A stretch of 64,000 bases of DNA from Octopus sinensis (taxonomy: Eukaryota): assembly GCF_006345805.1 (NCBI RefSeq), contig NC_043025.1, positions 5,456,001-5,520,000 of the forward strand, read 5' to 3'. Below, piece by piece: positions 25,260-40,100 of the stretch. A model generated the notes under the pieces. That model did not search any database, was not told the origin of the DNA, and was given only the letters and a program-made list of their open reading frames with translations. Position 1 is the stretch's first letter; each line of letters begins with the position of its first letter. A program made the translations under genes and the position numbers.

Positions 25260-25686
25260 TTGAGGATCAGAATCGAAATCGATCAATGGAAATTGCAGAT
25301 GTGTTACCAGTGCCGGTGGCATGTAAGAGAACCTTCCGTTTCGCGACTGTTGCCAGCACCGCCCCGACTGGCCTCATGCCGGTGGCACATAAAAAGCACC
25401 TTCCGTTCGTGTCCGTTGCCATCCTTGCCTGGCCCTCATGCCGTGGCACATAAAAAGCACCATCCGTTCGTGGCCGTTTGCCAGCTCTGTCTGGCACCTG
25501 TGCGGGTGGCACGTAAAAAGCACCCACTACACTCACGGAGTGGTTGGCATTAGGAAGGGCATCCAGCCGTAGAAACACTGCCAGATTTGACTGGGCCTGA
25601 TGAAGCCTTCTGGCTTCACAGACCCCAGTAGAACCGTCCAACCCATGCTAGCATGGAAAACAGACGCTAAACGATGATGATGATGA
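25260..25686 (+). mobile_element. RTE-type 3' UTR/tail, sense, near-identical to the 3' end of the 26804 LINE
   Basis: ORF-track peptides 25267..25641(-) and 26858..27256(+) are nearly identical over their first ~65 residues; (GAT)n tail. Confidence 0.85.
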
Positions 25687-26159
25687 TATATATATATATA
25701 TATATATATATATGGGCATGGCTGTGTGGTTAGGGAGCTTGCTTCCTAGCTATATGGTTTCGGGTTCAGTCCCACTGCGTGGCACTTTGGGTAGGTGTCT
25801 TCTGCTATAGCCGACCGAAGCTTTGTGATTGAATTCGGCAGGTGGAACGTGTGTGTATATGTGCGTGTAGGTGCTTGTGCCTCTCCGAAAGAGAGAGAGG
25901 GATAGTTGCCATGATAGATCGTTAGCCACTACAGACATTTTTTTTCTCTCCTTGTTTTTTCTGTGTCCCTTTCTGTGGAAGAGTGTAGGCTCGAAACGTA
26001 AAATACTTTTTCTATTCCTGAGCGTTATACTAATTCATCTGTTTGTTTTGTACACCACCTGTCTTCATCTTTTGTTGTTTTTTTTCGTAAACTTTCCCTA
26101 TACATATATATATATACATATACATATATATATATACACATACATATATATATATACAC

Positions 26160-26192
<33 letters not shown>

Positions 26193-26201
26193 CATATATA
26201 T

Positions 26202-26234
<33 letters not shown>

Positions 26235-26401
26235 CATACATATATATAAATATATATACACACCACATATATATATATACCACACACATATATATATACA
26301 CATATATATATATACACACACACATATATATATATATACACACACACATATATATATACATATACACACACATATATATATATACACACACATATATATA
26401 T

Positions 26402-26439
<38 letters not shown>

Positions 26440-26803
26440 GTTCATGCCTAATCATGAATGTATAAATTTAAGTAAAGGTATTGGAGATGCCTCAATAAAC
26501 CTCCTGAAAAGAAAGCAAAAAAAAAACCTACACAAAGGACAAGTGAAGAAACGAAAGCTTTCTGTGGACGTAAGATGGGGCAGATGGTGGGGAGGGGCTG
26601 CATTTAAGGTGTGGGACGTACTTATAATATAACAAACCCTATTGCTCTGATTTCTGTTTGAGACAGTCACAGGTCATCGGATACTGAAGATGTGAGGCAA
26701 GGGTGGGACGGTGACTGTGTTAATTGTCTTGCTAAACCTCATAATATGCTTAATTGCAGTTTTAGATATGTAACCCTTTCTTGTGTGTGTATATGTATCA
26801 TGA

Positions 26804-28227
26804 TCATCATCATCATCATCATCATCATTTAGCGTCCGTTTTCCATGCTAGCATGGGTTGGACGGTTCTACTGGGGTCTGTGAAGCCAGAAGGCTTCGCC
26901 AGGCCCAGTCAGATCTGGCAGTGTTTCTACGGCTGGATGCCCTTCCTAACGCCAACCACTCCGTGAGTGTAGTGGGTGCTTTTTACGTGCCACCCGCACT
27001 GGTGCCAGACAGAGCTGGCAAACGGCCACGAACGGATGGTGCTTTTTATGTGCCACCGGCACGAGGGCCAGGCGAGGCTGGCAACGGACACGAAACGGGG
27101 CGGTGCTGGCAACGGTCGCGAAACGGAAAGTTCTCTTACATGCCACCGGCACTGGTAACACATCTGCAATTTCCATTGATCGATTTCGATTCTGATCCTC
27201 ACTTGCCTCAATGGGTCTTCACAAGCAGAGTTTCGACATGCCACCGGCACTGGTAGCACATCCGCAATTTCCATTGATCGATTTCGATTCTGATCCTCAC
27301 TTGCCTCAACACGTCTTCACAAGTAGAGTTTTGTGTCCCAAGAAGGGAAGGTATGCATACGTAGGCTGGCTCCATCCCATGTAGAAAGCCACGGGTTGTG
27401 GACTCACTTGTCCTGCCGGGTCTTCTCGCGCACAGCACACTTCCAGAGGTCTCGGTCTCTAGTCATTTCCTCAGTGAGACCTAAAGTTCGAAGGTCGTGC
27501 TTCACCACCTCGTCCCAGGTTTTCCTGGGTCTGCCTCTTCCACAGGTTCCCTCAACCGCTAGGGTGTGGCACTTTTTCACACAACTATCTTCATCCATTC
27601 TCGCCACATGACCATACCAGCGCAAACGTCTCTCTTGCACACCACAACTGATGCTTCTTAGGTCCAACTTTTCTCTCAAGGTACTTACACTCTGCCGAGT
27701 GTGAGTACCGGCATTACACATCCATCGGAGCATACTGGCTTCATTTCTAGCGAGCTTACGCATATCCTCAGCAGTCACGGCCCATGTTTCACTGCCATGT
27801 AGCATGGCTGTTCGTACACACGCATCATACAGTCTGCCTTTCACTCTGTGCGAGAGGCCTTTTGTCACCAGCAGAGGTAAGAGCTCTCTGAACTTTGCCC
27901 AAGCTATTCTTACTCTAGCAGTTACACTTTCAGCACACCCGCCCCGCTGCTGACTTGGTCACCTAGGTAACGGAAACTATCAACTATTTCTAGTTTTTCT
28001 CCCTGGAAAGTGACGGAAGTTGGTCTCAGAGCATTTTCAGTGTTTATTGTTCCTGAGCATCTGCCACATACAAAAACCATCTTCCTAGTTAGCCTTCCTT
28101 TGACATTGCTGCATCTTTTATGTGTCCATAGCTTACACTTGGTGCATCTTATAGAGTTTCTACCTACACCTTTTCTACAGATCGAGCAGGGCCATCTACC
28201 TGAAGGTGTTTGTGATTTGTCTACCTT
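26804..28227 (-). mobile_element. 5'-truncated RTE-type LINE (Cys-rich domain plus C-terminus plus 3' UTR)
   Basis: WPCSICRKGVGRNSIRCTKCKLWTHKRCS; MLHGSETWA...RRLRWYGHVARM...GRGRPRKTW; (GAT)n tail; ~98-bp duplication in the UTR. Confidence 0.9.
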
Positions 28228-28240
28228 CATATATATATAT

Positions 28241-28525
28241 GTGGAGGCGCAATGGTCTAGTGGTTAGGGCAGCGAACTCGCACTCGTAGGATCGCGATTT
28301 CGATTCCCAGACCGGGCGTTGTGAGTGTTTATTGAGCGAAAACACCTAAAAGCTCCATGAGGCTCCAGCAGGGGGTGTAGGCAAACCCTGCTGTACTCTT
28401 TCACCACTCTTCCTTCTGTTGGCCTGCTCGCTTATCCAGCGGGGTGGCGTCATTCAAAAGCTAAAACAATGCAAATGCATTGTGACCAGCGATGTGTAAC
28501 AACATCTAATGGTCTGGTCGGTCAC
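28241..28525 (+). mobile_element. Family C tRNA-headed SINE
   Basis: gtggaggcgcaatggtctagtggttagggcagc...ttcgattccc head; second copy at 44779. Confidence 0.75.
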
Positions 28526-28528
28526 GTG

Positions 28529-28561
<33 letters not shown>

Positions 28562-28577
28562 TACATGTGTATATATG

Positions 28578-28624
<47 letters not shown>

Positions 28625-29256
28625 GTGTATGTATATCATCATCATCATCATCGTTTAACGTCCGTTTTCCGCGCTAGCATGTCTAGTCTGGCAGTGTTTC
28701 TACAGCTGGATGCCCTTCCTAACGCCAACCACTCCGCGAGTGTAGTGGGTGTTTTTTACGTGCCACCTGCACAGGTGCCAGAGGGGTCTGGCATCGGCCA
28801 CGTTCGGATGGTGCTTTTTATGTGGGGGGGGGAGAAATATAGGGGAGCACCAGTGGGGAGGGGTGGTTCAGAGAAATGATGACAGGTTCTAGGCAAGTAG
28901 AACGTAGGATATCAAGAGAGGGGTAATGCATGGTGAAATAGCGTATTGAAGAGGGGGCTTCGAAGAGTAGACACCTATAATGGTGGTGGGAGAAGCGACA
29001 TCCGGTATAGATGGAGCAAAAATATAGAGATATCCGGTATTGGTGGTGGGGGTGGCCAAGGGCGGGTGCACCGGGAATATGACAGGCTGGCTTAAAAATG
29101 CTCTTAGCAAAGGAAGAGGGGGGATGGCAGACAACGTAAAAGAGGGAGAGAGAGAAGGGAAATAGTGGAACCCCGCGAAAATGGGCCGCCATTGAAAAAA
29201 CCCCTGTATGGAGAAATAATATGCAATACAAGGCGAAGCTGAAAATAGTAATAATA

Positions 29257-29289
<33 letters not shown>

Positions 29290-29380
29290 GCAAATTTTCG
29301 ACCGAGGATCAAAGGGACAATACTAATACTAATAATAATAGTAATAATAATAATAATAAACAGATAAATTTATAAATGAG

Positions 29381-29498
29381 GATAATATCGATATTTAAAT
29401 ATCGATATTATCAAGTGGCCACCATGGGAAAAAATACCGATATATATATATATATATATATCTGTGTATGTATATATATATATATATATATATCTGTG

Positions 29499-29542
<44 letters not shown>

Positions 29543-30185
29543 GTGTACACATACATATATATTTGGGTGTTGCTTACGTGGCACCAACTTGGGTGCTTTC
29601 TACATGGGGATAGTGCAAGTGTTCCTTACACAGTGCTTCACATGTAGCAGTGGCACGAATGCTCTTTGTGCCAACATGGGTGCTCTCTACATGTTGCTAG
29701 CATGGGTGCTGTCTACATGGTGCTAGCATGGGTGCTGTCTACATGGTGCTGTAGGCCATCTTTTATACCAAGACTAAACAATGTACATGATAACACTTCC
29801 AATGCAAAAGCACAACAACAACACCAACAACAAACCGATTAGAGATTAGCTTACCTATAAGCTAATCTCGGTTTGTTGTTGGTGTTGTTGTTGTTGCTTT
29901 TGCATGGCCCCCATACTTGCAGGGTTGCCAAGTAGCTTGCGGCACAAGAACAGGCCTCTGCTCCCTCAGCCAGCTGAGATGTTCTTGTCCTGCAAGCTAC
30001 TTGACAAGCCCCCATGGGTACTTGGGGTTGTGTAAAAAGCACCCGTGCTGGTGCCACATGAAAGAGCAGCCACGCCTGTGCCACATGCAAAGCACCCGTG
30101 GTAGTACCATGTAGACAGCACCCATGCTAGCACCATGTAGACAGCACCCATGCTGGTGCCACATAAACAACACCCAAATATATAT
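29381..30185. repeat. Nested inverted-repeat complex
   Basis: 32-bp palindrome 29381-29412; outer arms about 29553-29748 and 30030-30185; inner hairpins 29802-29905 and 29929-30003. Confidence 0.8.
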
Positions 30186-30279
30186 ATGTATATACATAGA
30201 TATATATATATGTATGTATGTTTTTATATACACACAAATATGGGTTTGTCTGTGTGTGGTATATATATATATATATATA

Positions 30280-30323
<44 letters not shown>

Positions 30324-30534
30324 AACATACACAGATATATATATATAAAGTTAATCCAACATGTAATATACACACACTATTTATACATACACATACATAT
30401 ATGTATATAAAGAATATATTTATATGTATATTTTCACATATACACACACACAGATATATATATATATATATAACCCATGCTAGCACGGAAAGCGGACGCT
30501 AAATGATGATGATGATGATATATATTATATATAT

Positions 30535-30584
<50 letters not shown>

Positions 30585-31142
30585 ATATATATATATATTA
30601 CCACACATATCTATATATATCTTACAGATATATGAATATGAATACACATACAACACTGATCAGAGGGTAGATAAAACCAGTAAATTGGAAGTTAATAGTC
30701 AACCCAAGGCACACAAACCACCCTCATTAAAATGATTATGATGATGATGCCCACGGTGTGAGGTTTTCTTTTCTTTTCTCTCATTATTTCAGATTCATTG
30801 AGCAATGATATAAATTGTTTCCACTTGAATGAACCCTCAAAGTGAATTGTTACTGAAGGTTGTCTGTGCGTCTGGAAATTTCTTTTTATTCAGTCTGCTG
30901 TGTTACCTTTTCTATAAGTACCTGCGGTGGTTGGGATTGGTGGTGGTGGGGTTGGGCATGTCGCAGTCGCCACTGCCGTCTCCTGCCCCCCCCCCCAATA
31001 AAAAAAAATCACAACCTCCACCGCTGCCCTCTTATTTCATCCTCTCTTTTACCTCCCACTGTGAAGTACATGACTGACAATTTAATATCAATTGTATGAC
31101 CTAAATAAACCCTCAAGAATAGATGCACATGCTCCATAGAAC

Positions 31143-31179
<37 letters not shown>

Positions 31180-34100
31180 GCCCTGATGCAGTACCAGGCA
31201 GTAGCTCTCATGGCTTCTGATCTTAACTGATTAGAAGTGTTATCATCTACATTGTTTTGTCTTGGTATAAAAGATGGGCTACAGCAAATATTCTGCTCAA
31301 TACCACAGATTTGCTAATGCCCTGATGCAGTACCAGGCAGTGGCTCTCATTGCTTCTGATCTTAACTGATGGAAGTGTTATCATGTACATTGTTTTGGTC
31401 TTGGTATAAAAGATGGGCTACAGCAAATATTCTGCTCAATACCACAGATTTGCTAATGCCCTGATGCAGTACCAGGCAGTGGCTCTCATCATGGCTCTGA
31501 TCTTAACTGATTGGAAGTGTTATCATGTACATTGTTTTGTCTTGGTATAAAAGATGGCTACAGCAAATATTCTGCTCAATACCACAGATTTGCTAATGCC
31601 CTGATGCAGTACCAGGCAGTGGCTCTCATGGCTTCTGATCTTAACTGATTGGAAGTGTTCTCATGTACATTGTTTTGTCTTGGTATAAAAAAGATGGGCT
31701 ATAGCAAATATTCTGCTCAATACCACAGATTTGCTAATGCCCTGATGCAGTACCAGGCAGTGGCTCTCATGGCTTCTGATCTTAACTGATTGGAAGTGTT
31801 ATCATGTACATTGTTTTGTCTTGGTATAAAAGATGGCTATAGCAAATATTCTGCTCAATACCACAGATTTGCTAATGCCCTGATGCAGTACCAGGCAGTG
31901 GCTCTCATTGCTTCTAATCTTAACGATTGGAAGTGTTTATCATGTACATTGTTTTGTCTTGGTATAAAAGATGGGCTATACCAAATATTCTGCTCAATAC
32001 CACAGATTTGCTAATGCCCTGATGCAGTACCAGGCAGGGCTCTCATGGCTTCTGATCTTAACTGATTGGAGTGTTATCATGTACATTGTTTTGTCTTGGT
32101 ATAAAAGATGGGCTACAGCAAATATTCTGCTCAATACCACAGATTTGCTAATGCCCTGATGCAGTACCAGGCAGTGCCTCTCATTGCTTCTGATCTTAAC
32201 TGATTGAAGTGTTATCATGTACATTGTTTTGTCTTGGTATAAAAGATGGGCTATAGCAAATATTCTGCTCAATACCACAGATTTGCTAATGCCCTGATGC
32301 AGTACCAGGCAGTGGCTCTCATTGCTTCTGATCTTAACTGATTGGAAGTGTTATCATGTACATTGTTTTGTCTTGTTATAAAAGATGGGCTACAGAAAAT
32401 ATTCTGCTCAATACCACAGATTTGCTAATGCCCTGATGCAGTACCAGGCAGTGGATCTCATTGCTTCTGATCTTAACTGATTGGAAGTGTTATCATACAT
32501 TGTTTTGTCTTGTTATAAAAGATGGGCTACAGAAAATATTCTGCTCAATACCACAGATTTGCTAATGCCCTGATGCAGTACCAGGCAGTGGCTCTCATTG
32601 CTTCTGATCTTAACTGATTGGAAGTGTTATCATGTACATTGTTTTGTCTTGGTATAAAAGATGGGCTACAGCAAATATTCTGCTCAATACCACAGATTTG
32701 CTAATGCCCTGATGCAGTACCAGGCAGTGGCTCTCATGGCTTCTGATCTTAACTGATTGGAAGTGTTATCATGTACATTGTTTTGTTTTGGTATAAAAGA
32801 TGGGCTACAGAAAATATTCTGCTCAATACCACAGATTTGCTAATGCCCTGATGCAGTACCAGGCAGTGGCTCTCATGGCTTCTGATCTTAACTGATTGGA
32901 AGTGTTATCATGTACATTGTTTTGTCTTGGTATAAAAGATGGGCTACAGCAAATATTCTGCTCAATACCACAGATTTGCTAATGCCCTGATGCAGTACCA
33001 GGCAGTGGCTCTCATGGCTTCTGATCTTAACTGATTGGAAGTGTTATCATGTACATTGTTTTGTTTTGGTATAAAAGATGGGCTACAGAAAATATTCTGC
33101 TCAATACCACAGATTTGCTAATGCCCTGATGCAGTACCAGGCAGTGGCTCTCATGCTTCTTCTGATCTTAACTGATTGGAAGTGTTATCATGTACATTGT
33201 TTTGTCTTGTTATAAAAGATGGGCTACAGAAAATATTCTGCTCAATACCACAGATTTGCTAATGCCCTGATGCAGTACCAGGCAGTGGCTCTCATTGCTT
33301 CTGATCTTAACTGATTGGAAGTGTTATCATGTACATTGTTTTGTCTTGGTATAAAAGATGGGCTACAGCAAATATTCTGCTCAATACCACAGATTTGCTA
33401 ATGCCCTGATGCAGTACCAGGCAGTGGCTCTCATGGCTTCTGATCTTAACTTATTGGAAGTGTTATCATGTACATTGTTTTGTCTTGGTATAAAAGATGG
33501 GCTACAGCAAATATTCTGCTCAATACCACAGATTTGCTAATGCCCTGATGCAGTACCAGGCAGTGGCTCTCATGGCTTCTGATCTTAACTTATTGGAAGT
33601 GTTATCATGTACATTGTTTTGTCTTGGTATAAAAGATGGGCTACAGCAAATATTCTGCTCAATACCACAGATTTGCTAATGCCCTGATGCAGTACCAGGC
33701 AGTGGCTCTCATGGCTTCTGATCTTAACTTATTGGAAGTGTTATCATGTACATTGTTTTGTCTTGGTATAAAAGATGGGCTACAGCAAATATTCTGCTCA
33801 ATACCACAGATTTGCTAATGCCCTGATGCAGTACCAGGCAGTGGCTCTCATTGCTTCTGATCTTAACTGATTGGAAGTGTTATCATGTACATTGTTTTGT
33901 CTTGGTATAAAAGATGGGCTACAGCAAATATTCTGCTCAATACCACAGATTTGCTAATGCCCTGATGCAGTACCAGGCAGTGGCTCTCATGGCTTCTGAT
34001 CTTAACTGATTGGAAGTGTTATCATGTACATTGTTTTGTCTTGTTATAAAAGATGGGCTACAGCAAATATTCTGCTCAATACCACAGATTTGCTAATGCC

Positions 34101-37100
34101 CTGATGCAGTACCAGGCAGTGGCTCTCATTGCTTCTGATCTTAACTGATTGGAAGTGTTATCATGTACATTGTTTTGTCTTGTTATAAAAGATGGGCTAC
34201 AGCAAATATTCTGCTCAATACCACAGATTTGCTAATGCCCTGATGCAGTACCAGGCAGTGGCTCTCATGGCTTCTGATCTTAACTGATTGGAAGTGTTAT
34301 CATGTACATTGTTTTGTCTTCGTATAAAAGATGGGCTACAGCAAATATTCTGCTCAATACCACAGATTTGCTAATACCCTGATGCAGTACCAGGCAGTGG
34401 CTCTCATGGCTTCTGATCTTAACTGATTGGAAGTGTTATCATGTACATTGTTTTGTCTTGGTATAAAAGATGGCCTACAGCAAATATTCTACTCAATACC
34501 ACAGATTTGCTAATACCCTGATGCAGTACCGGGCAGTGGCTCTCGTGGCTTCTGGTCTTAACTGATTGGAAGTGTTATCATGTACATTGTTTTGTCTTGG
34601 TATAAAAGATGGCCTACAGCAAATATTCTGCTCAATACCACAGATTTTCTAATGGCCTGTTGCAGTACCTGGCAGTGGCTCTCGTGGCTTCTGATCTTAA
34701 CTGATTGGAAGTGTTCTCATTTACATTGTTTTGTCTTGGTATAAAAGATGGCATACAGCAAATATTCTGCTCAATACCACAGATTTGCTAATGCCCTGAT
34801 GCAGTACCAGGCAGTGGCTCTCATGGCTTCTGATCTTAACTGATTGGAAGTGTTATCATGTACATTGTTTTGTCTTGGTATAAAAGATGGCCTTCAGCAA
34901 ATATTCTGCTCAATACCACAGATTTGCTAATGCCCTGATGCAGTACCAGGCAGTGGCTCTCATGGCTTCTGATCTTAACTGATTGGAAGTGTTATCATGT
35001 ACATTGTTTTGTCTTCGTATAAAAGATGGGCTACAGCAAATATTCTGCTCAATACCACAGATTTGCTAATACCCTGATACAGTACCGGGCAGTGGCTCTC
35101 ATGGCTTCTGATCTTAACTGATTGGAAGTGTTATCATGTACATTGTTTTGTCTTGGTATAAAAGATGGCCTACAGCAAATATTCTGCTCAATACCACAGA
35201 TTTGCTAATACCCTGATGCAGTACCGGGCAGTGGCTCTCGTGGCTTCTGGTCTTAACTGATTGGAAGTGTTATCATGTACATTGTTTGGTCTTGGTATAA
35301 AAGATGCCTACAGCAAATATTCTGCTCAATACCACAGATTTTCTAATGGCCTGTTGCAGTACCTGGCAGTGGCTCTCGTGGCTTCTGATCTTAACTGATT
35401 GGAAGTGTTCTCATTTACATTGTTTTGTCTTGGGATAAAAGATGGCATACAGCAAATATTCTGCTCAATACCACAGATTTGCTAATGCCTGATGCAGTAC
35501 CAGGCAGTGGCTCTCATGGCTTCTGATCTTAACTGATTGGAAGTGTTTCATGTACATTGTTTTGTCTTGGTATAAAAGATGGCCTTCAGCAAATATTCTG
35601 CTCAATACCACAGATTTGCTAATGCCCTGATGCAGTACAGGCAGTGCCTCTCATTGCTTCTGATCTTAACTGATTGGAATGTTATCATGTACAGTTTTGT
35701 CTTGGTTAAAAGATGGGTTACAGCAAATATTTTGCTCATACCACAGATTTGCTAATGCCCTGATGCAGTACCAGGCAGTGGCTCTCATGGCTTCTGATCT
35801 TAACTGATTGGAAGTGTTATCATGTACATTGTTTTGTCTTGGTATAAAAGATGGGCTACAGCAAATATTCTGCTCAATACCACAGATTTGCTAATGCCCT
35901 CATGCAGTACCAGGCAGTGGCTCTCATGGCTTCTGATCTTAACTTATTGGAAGTGTTATCATGTACATTGTTTTGTCTTGGTATAAAAGATGGGCTACAG
36001 CAAATATTCTGCTCAATACCACAGATTTGCTAATGCCCTGATGCAGTACCAGGCAGTGGCTCTCATGGCTTCTGATCTTAACTGATTGGAAGTGTTATCA
36101 TGTACATTGTTTTGTCTTGGTATAAAAGATGGGCTATAGCAAATATTCTGCTCAATACCACAGATTTGCTAATGCCCTGATGCAGTACCAGCAGTGGCTC
36201 TCATTGCTTCTGATCTTAACTGATTGGAAGTGTTATCATGTACATTGTTTTGTCTTGTTATAAAAGATGGGCTACAGAAAATATTCTGCTCAATACCACA
36301 GATTTGCTAATGCCCTGATGCAGTACCAGGCAGTGGATCTCATTGCTTCTGATCTAACTGATTGGAAGTGTTATCATACATTGTTTTGTCTTGTTATAAA
36401 AGATGGGCTACAGAAAATATTCTGCTCAATACCACAGATTTGCTAATGCCCTGATGCAGTACCAGGCAGTGGCTCTCATTGCTTCTGATCTTAACTGATT
36501 GGAAGTGTTATCATGTACATTTTTTGTCTTGGTATAAAAGATGGGCTACAGCAAATATTCTGCTCAATACCACAGATTTGCTAATGCCCTGATGCAGTAC
36601 CAGGCAGTGGTCTCATGGCTTCTGATCTTAACTGATTGGAAGTGTTATCATGTACATTGTTTTGTCTTGTTATAAAAGATGGGCTACAGAAAATATTCTG
36701 CTCAATACCACAGATTTGCTAATGCCCTGATTCAGTACCAGGCAGTGGCTCTCATTGCTTCTGATCTTAACTGATTGGAAGTGTTTCATGTACATTGTTT
36801 TGTCTTGTATAAAAGATGGGCTACAGCAAATATTCTGCTCAATACCACAGATTTGCTAATGCCCTGATGCAGTACCAGGCAGTGGCTCTCATGGCTTCTG
36901 ATCTTAACTGATTGGTAGTGTTATCATGTACATTGTTTTGTTTTGGTATAAAAGATGGCTACAGAAAATATTCTGCTCAATACCACAGATTTGCTAATGC
37001 CCTGATGCAGTACCAGGCAGTGGCTCTCATGGCTTCTGATCTTAACTGATTGGAAGTGTTATCATGTACATTGTTTTGTCTTGTTATAAAAGATGGCTAC

Positions 37101-40100
37101 AGAAAATATTCTGCTCAATACCACAGATTTGCTAATGCCCTGATGCAGTACCAGGCAGTGGCTCTCATTGCTTCTGATCTTAACTGATTGGAAGTGTTAT
37201 CATGTACATTGTTTTGTCTTGGTATAAAAGATGGCTACAGCAAATATTCTGCTCAATACCACAGATTTGCTAATGCCCTGATGCAGTACCAGGCAGTGGC
37301 TCTCATGGCTTCTGATCTTAACTTATTGGAAGTGTTATCATGTACAATTGTTTTGTCTTGGTATAAAAGATGGGCTACAGCAAATATTCTGCTCAATACC
37401 ACAGATTTGCTAATGCCCTGATGCAGTACAGGCAGTGGCTCTCATGGCTTCTGATCTTAACTTATTGGAAGTGTTATCATGTACATTGTTTTGTCTTGGT
37501 ATAAAAGATGGGCTACAGCAAATATTCTGCCTCAATACCACAGATTTGCTAATGCCCTGATGCAGTACCAGGCATTGGCTCTCATGGCTTCTGATCTTAA
37601 CTTATTGGAAGTGTTATCATGTACATTGTTTTGTCTTGGTATAAAAGATGGGCTACAGCAAATATTCTGCTCAATACCACAGATTTGCTAATGCCCTGAT
37701 GCAGTACCAGGCAGTGGCTCTCATTGCTTCTGATCTTAACTGATTGGAAGTGTTATCATGTACATTGTTTTGTCTTGGTATAAGATGGGCTACAGCAAAT
37801 ATTCTGCTCAATACCACAGATTTGCTAATGCCCTGATGCAGTACCAGGCAGTGGCTCTCATGGCTTCTGATCTTAACTGATTGGAAGTGTTATCAGTACA
37901 TTGTTTTGTCTTGTTATAAAAGATGGGCTACAGCAAATTTCTGCTCAATACCACAGATTTGCTAATGCCTGATGCAGTACCAGGCAGTGGCTCTCATTGC
38001 TTCTGATCTTAACTGATTGGAAGTGTTATCATGTACATTGTTTTGTCTTGTTATAAAAGATGGGCTACAGCAAATATTCTGCTCATACCACAGATTTGCT
38101 AATGCCCTGATGCAGTACCAGGCAGTGGCCTCTCATGGCTTCTGATCTTAACTGATTGGAAGTGTTATCATGTACATTGTTTTGTCTTCGTATAAAAGAT
38201 GGGCCCAGCCTATTCTGCTCAATACCACAGATTTGCTAATACCCTGATGCAGTACCAGGCAGTGGCTCTCATGGCTTCTGATCTTAACTGATTGGAATGT
38301 TATCATGTACATTTTTTGTCTGGTATAAAAGATGGCCTACAGCAATATTCTACTCAATACCACAGATTTGCTAATACCCTGATGCAGTACCGGGCCAGTG
38401 GCTCTCGTGGCTTCTGGTCTTAACTGATTGGAAGTGTTATCATGTACATTGTTTGGTCTTGGTATAAAAGATGGCCTACAAGCACATATTCTGCTCAATA
38501 CCACAGATTTTCTAATGGCCTGTTGCAGTACCTGGCAGTGGCTCTCGTGGCTTCTGATCTTAACTGATTGGAAGTGTTCTCATTTACATTGTTTTGTCTT
38601 GGTATAAAAGATGGCATACAGCAAATATTCTGCTCAATACCACAGATTTGCTAATGCCCTGATGCAGTACCAGGCATGGCTCTCATGGCTTCTGATCTTA
38701 ACTGATTGGAAGTGTTATCATGTACATTGTTTTGTCTTGGTATAAAAGATGGCCTTCAGCAATATTCTGCTCAATACCACAGATTTGCTAATGCCCTGAT
38801 GCAGTACCAGGCAGTGGCTCTCATGGCTTCTGATCTTAACTGATTGGAAGTGTTATCATGTACATGTGTTTGTCTTCGTATAAAAGATGGGCTACAGCAA
38901 ATATTCTGCTCAATACCACAGATTTGCTAATCCCCTGATACAGTAACCGGGCAGTGGCTCTCATGGCTTCTGATCTTAACTGATTGGAAGTGTTATCATG
39001 TACATTGTTTTGTCTTGGTATAAAAGATGGCCTACAGCAAATATTCTGCTCAATACCACCATTTGCTAATACCCTGATGCAGTACCGGGCAGTGCTCTCG
39101 TGGCTTCTGGTCTTAACTGATTGGAAGTGTTATCATGTACATTGTTTTGTCTTGGTATAAAAGATGGCCTACAGCAAATATTCTGCTCAATACCACAGAT
39201 TTTCTAATGGCCTGTTGCAGTACCTGGCAGTGGCTCTCGTGGCTTCTGAATCTTAACTGATTGGAAGTGTTCTCATTTACATTGTTTTGTCTTGGTATAA
39301 AAGATGGCATACAGCAAATATTCTGCTCAATACCACAGATTTGCTAATGCCCTGATGCAGTACCAGGCAGTGGCTCTCATGGCTTCTGATCTTAACTGAT
39401 TGGAAGTGTTATCATGTAATTGTTTTTGTCTTGGTATAAAAGATGGCCTTCAGCAAATATTCTGCTCAATACCACAGATTTGCTAATGCCCTGATGCAGT
39501 ACCGGGCAGTGGCTCTCATGGCTTCTGATCTTAACTGATTGGAAGTGTTATCATGTACTTGTTTGGTCTTGGTATAAAAGATGGGCTACAGCAAATATTC
39601 TGCTCAATACCACAAGATTTGCTATGCCCTGATGCAGTTCCAGGCAGTGGCTCTCGTGGCTTCTGATCTTAACTGATTGGAAGTGTGTTATCATGTACAT
39701 TGTTTTGTCTTGGTATAAATGATGGCCTACAGCAAATATTCTGCTCATACCACAGATTTGCTAATACCCTGATGCAGTACCAGGCAAGTGCTCTCATGGC
39801 TTCTGATCTTAACTGATTGGAAGTGTTATCATGTACATTGTTTTGTCTTGGTATAAAAGATGGGCTACAGCAAATATTCTGCTCAATACCACAGATTTGC
39901 TAATGCCCGATGCAGTACCAGGCAGTGGCTCTCATGGCTTCTGATCTTAACTGATTGGAAGTGTTATCATGTACATTGTTTTGTCTTGTTATAAAAGATG
40001 GGCTACAGCAAATATTCTGCTCAATACCACAGATTTGCTAATGCCCTGATGCAGTACCAGGCAGTGGCTCTCATTGCTTCTGATCTTAACTGATTGGAAG

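Noticed and set aside
28818-29312. 164-aa and 134-aa minus-strand ORFs
   Set aside because: They start in (ATT)n repeat and show no motif I recognise; possibly an old LINE fragment. A blastx search would be needed.
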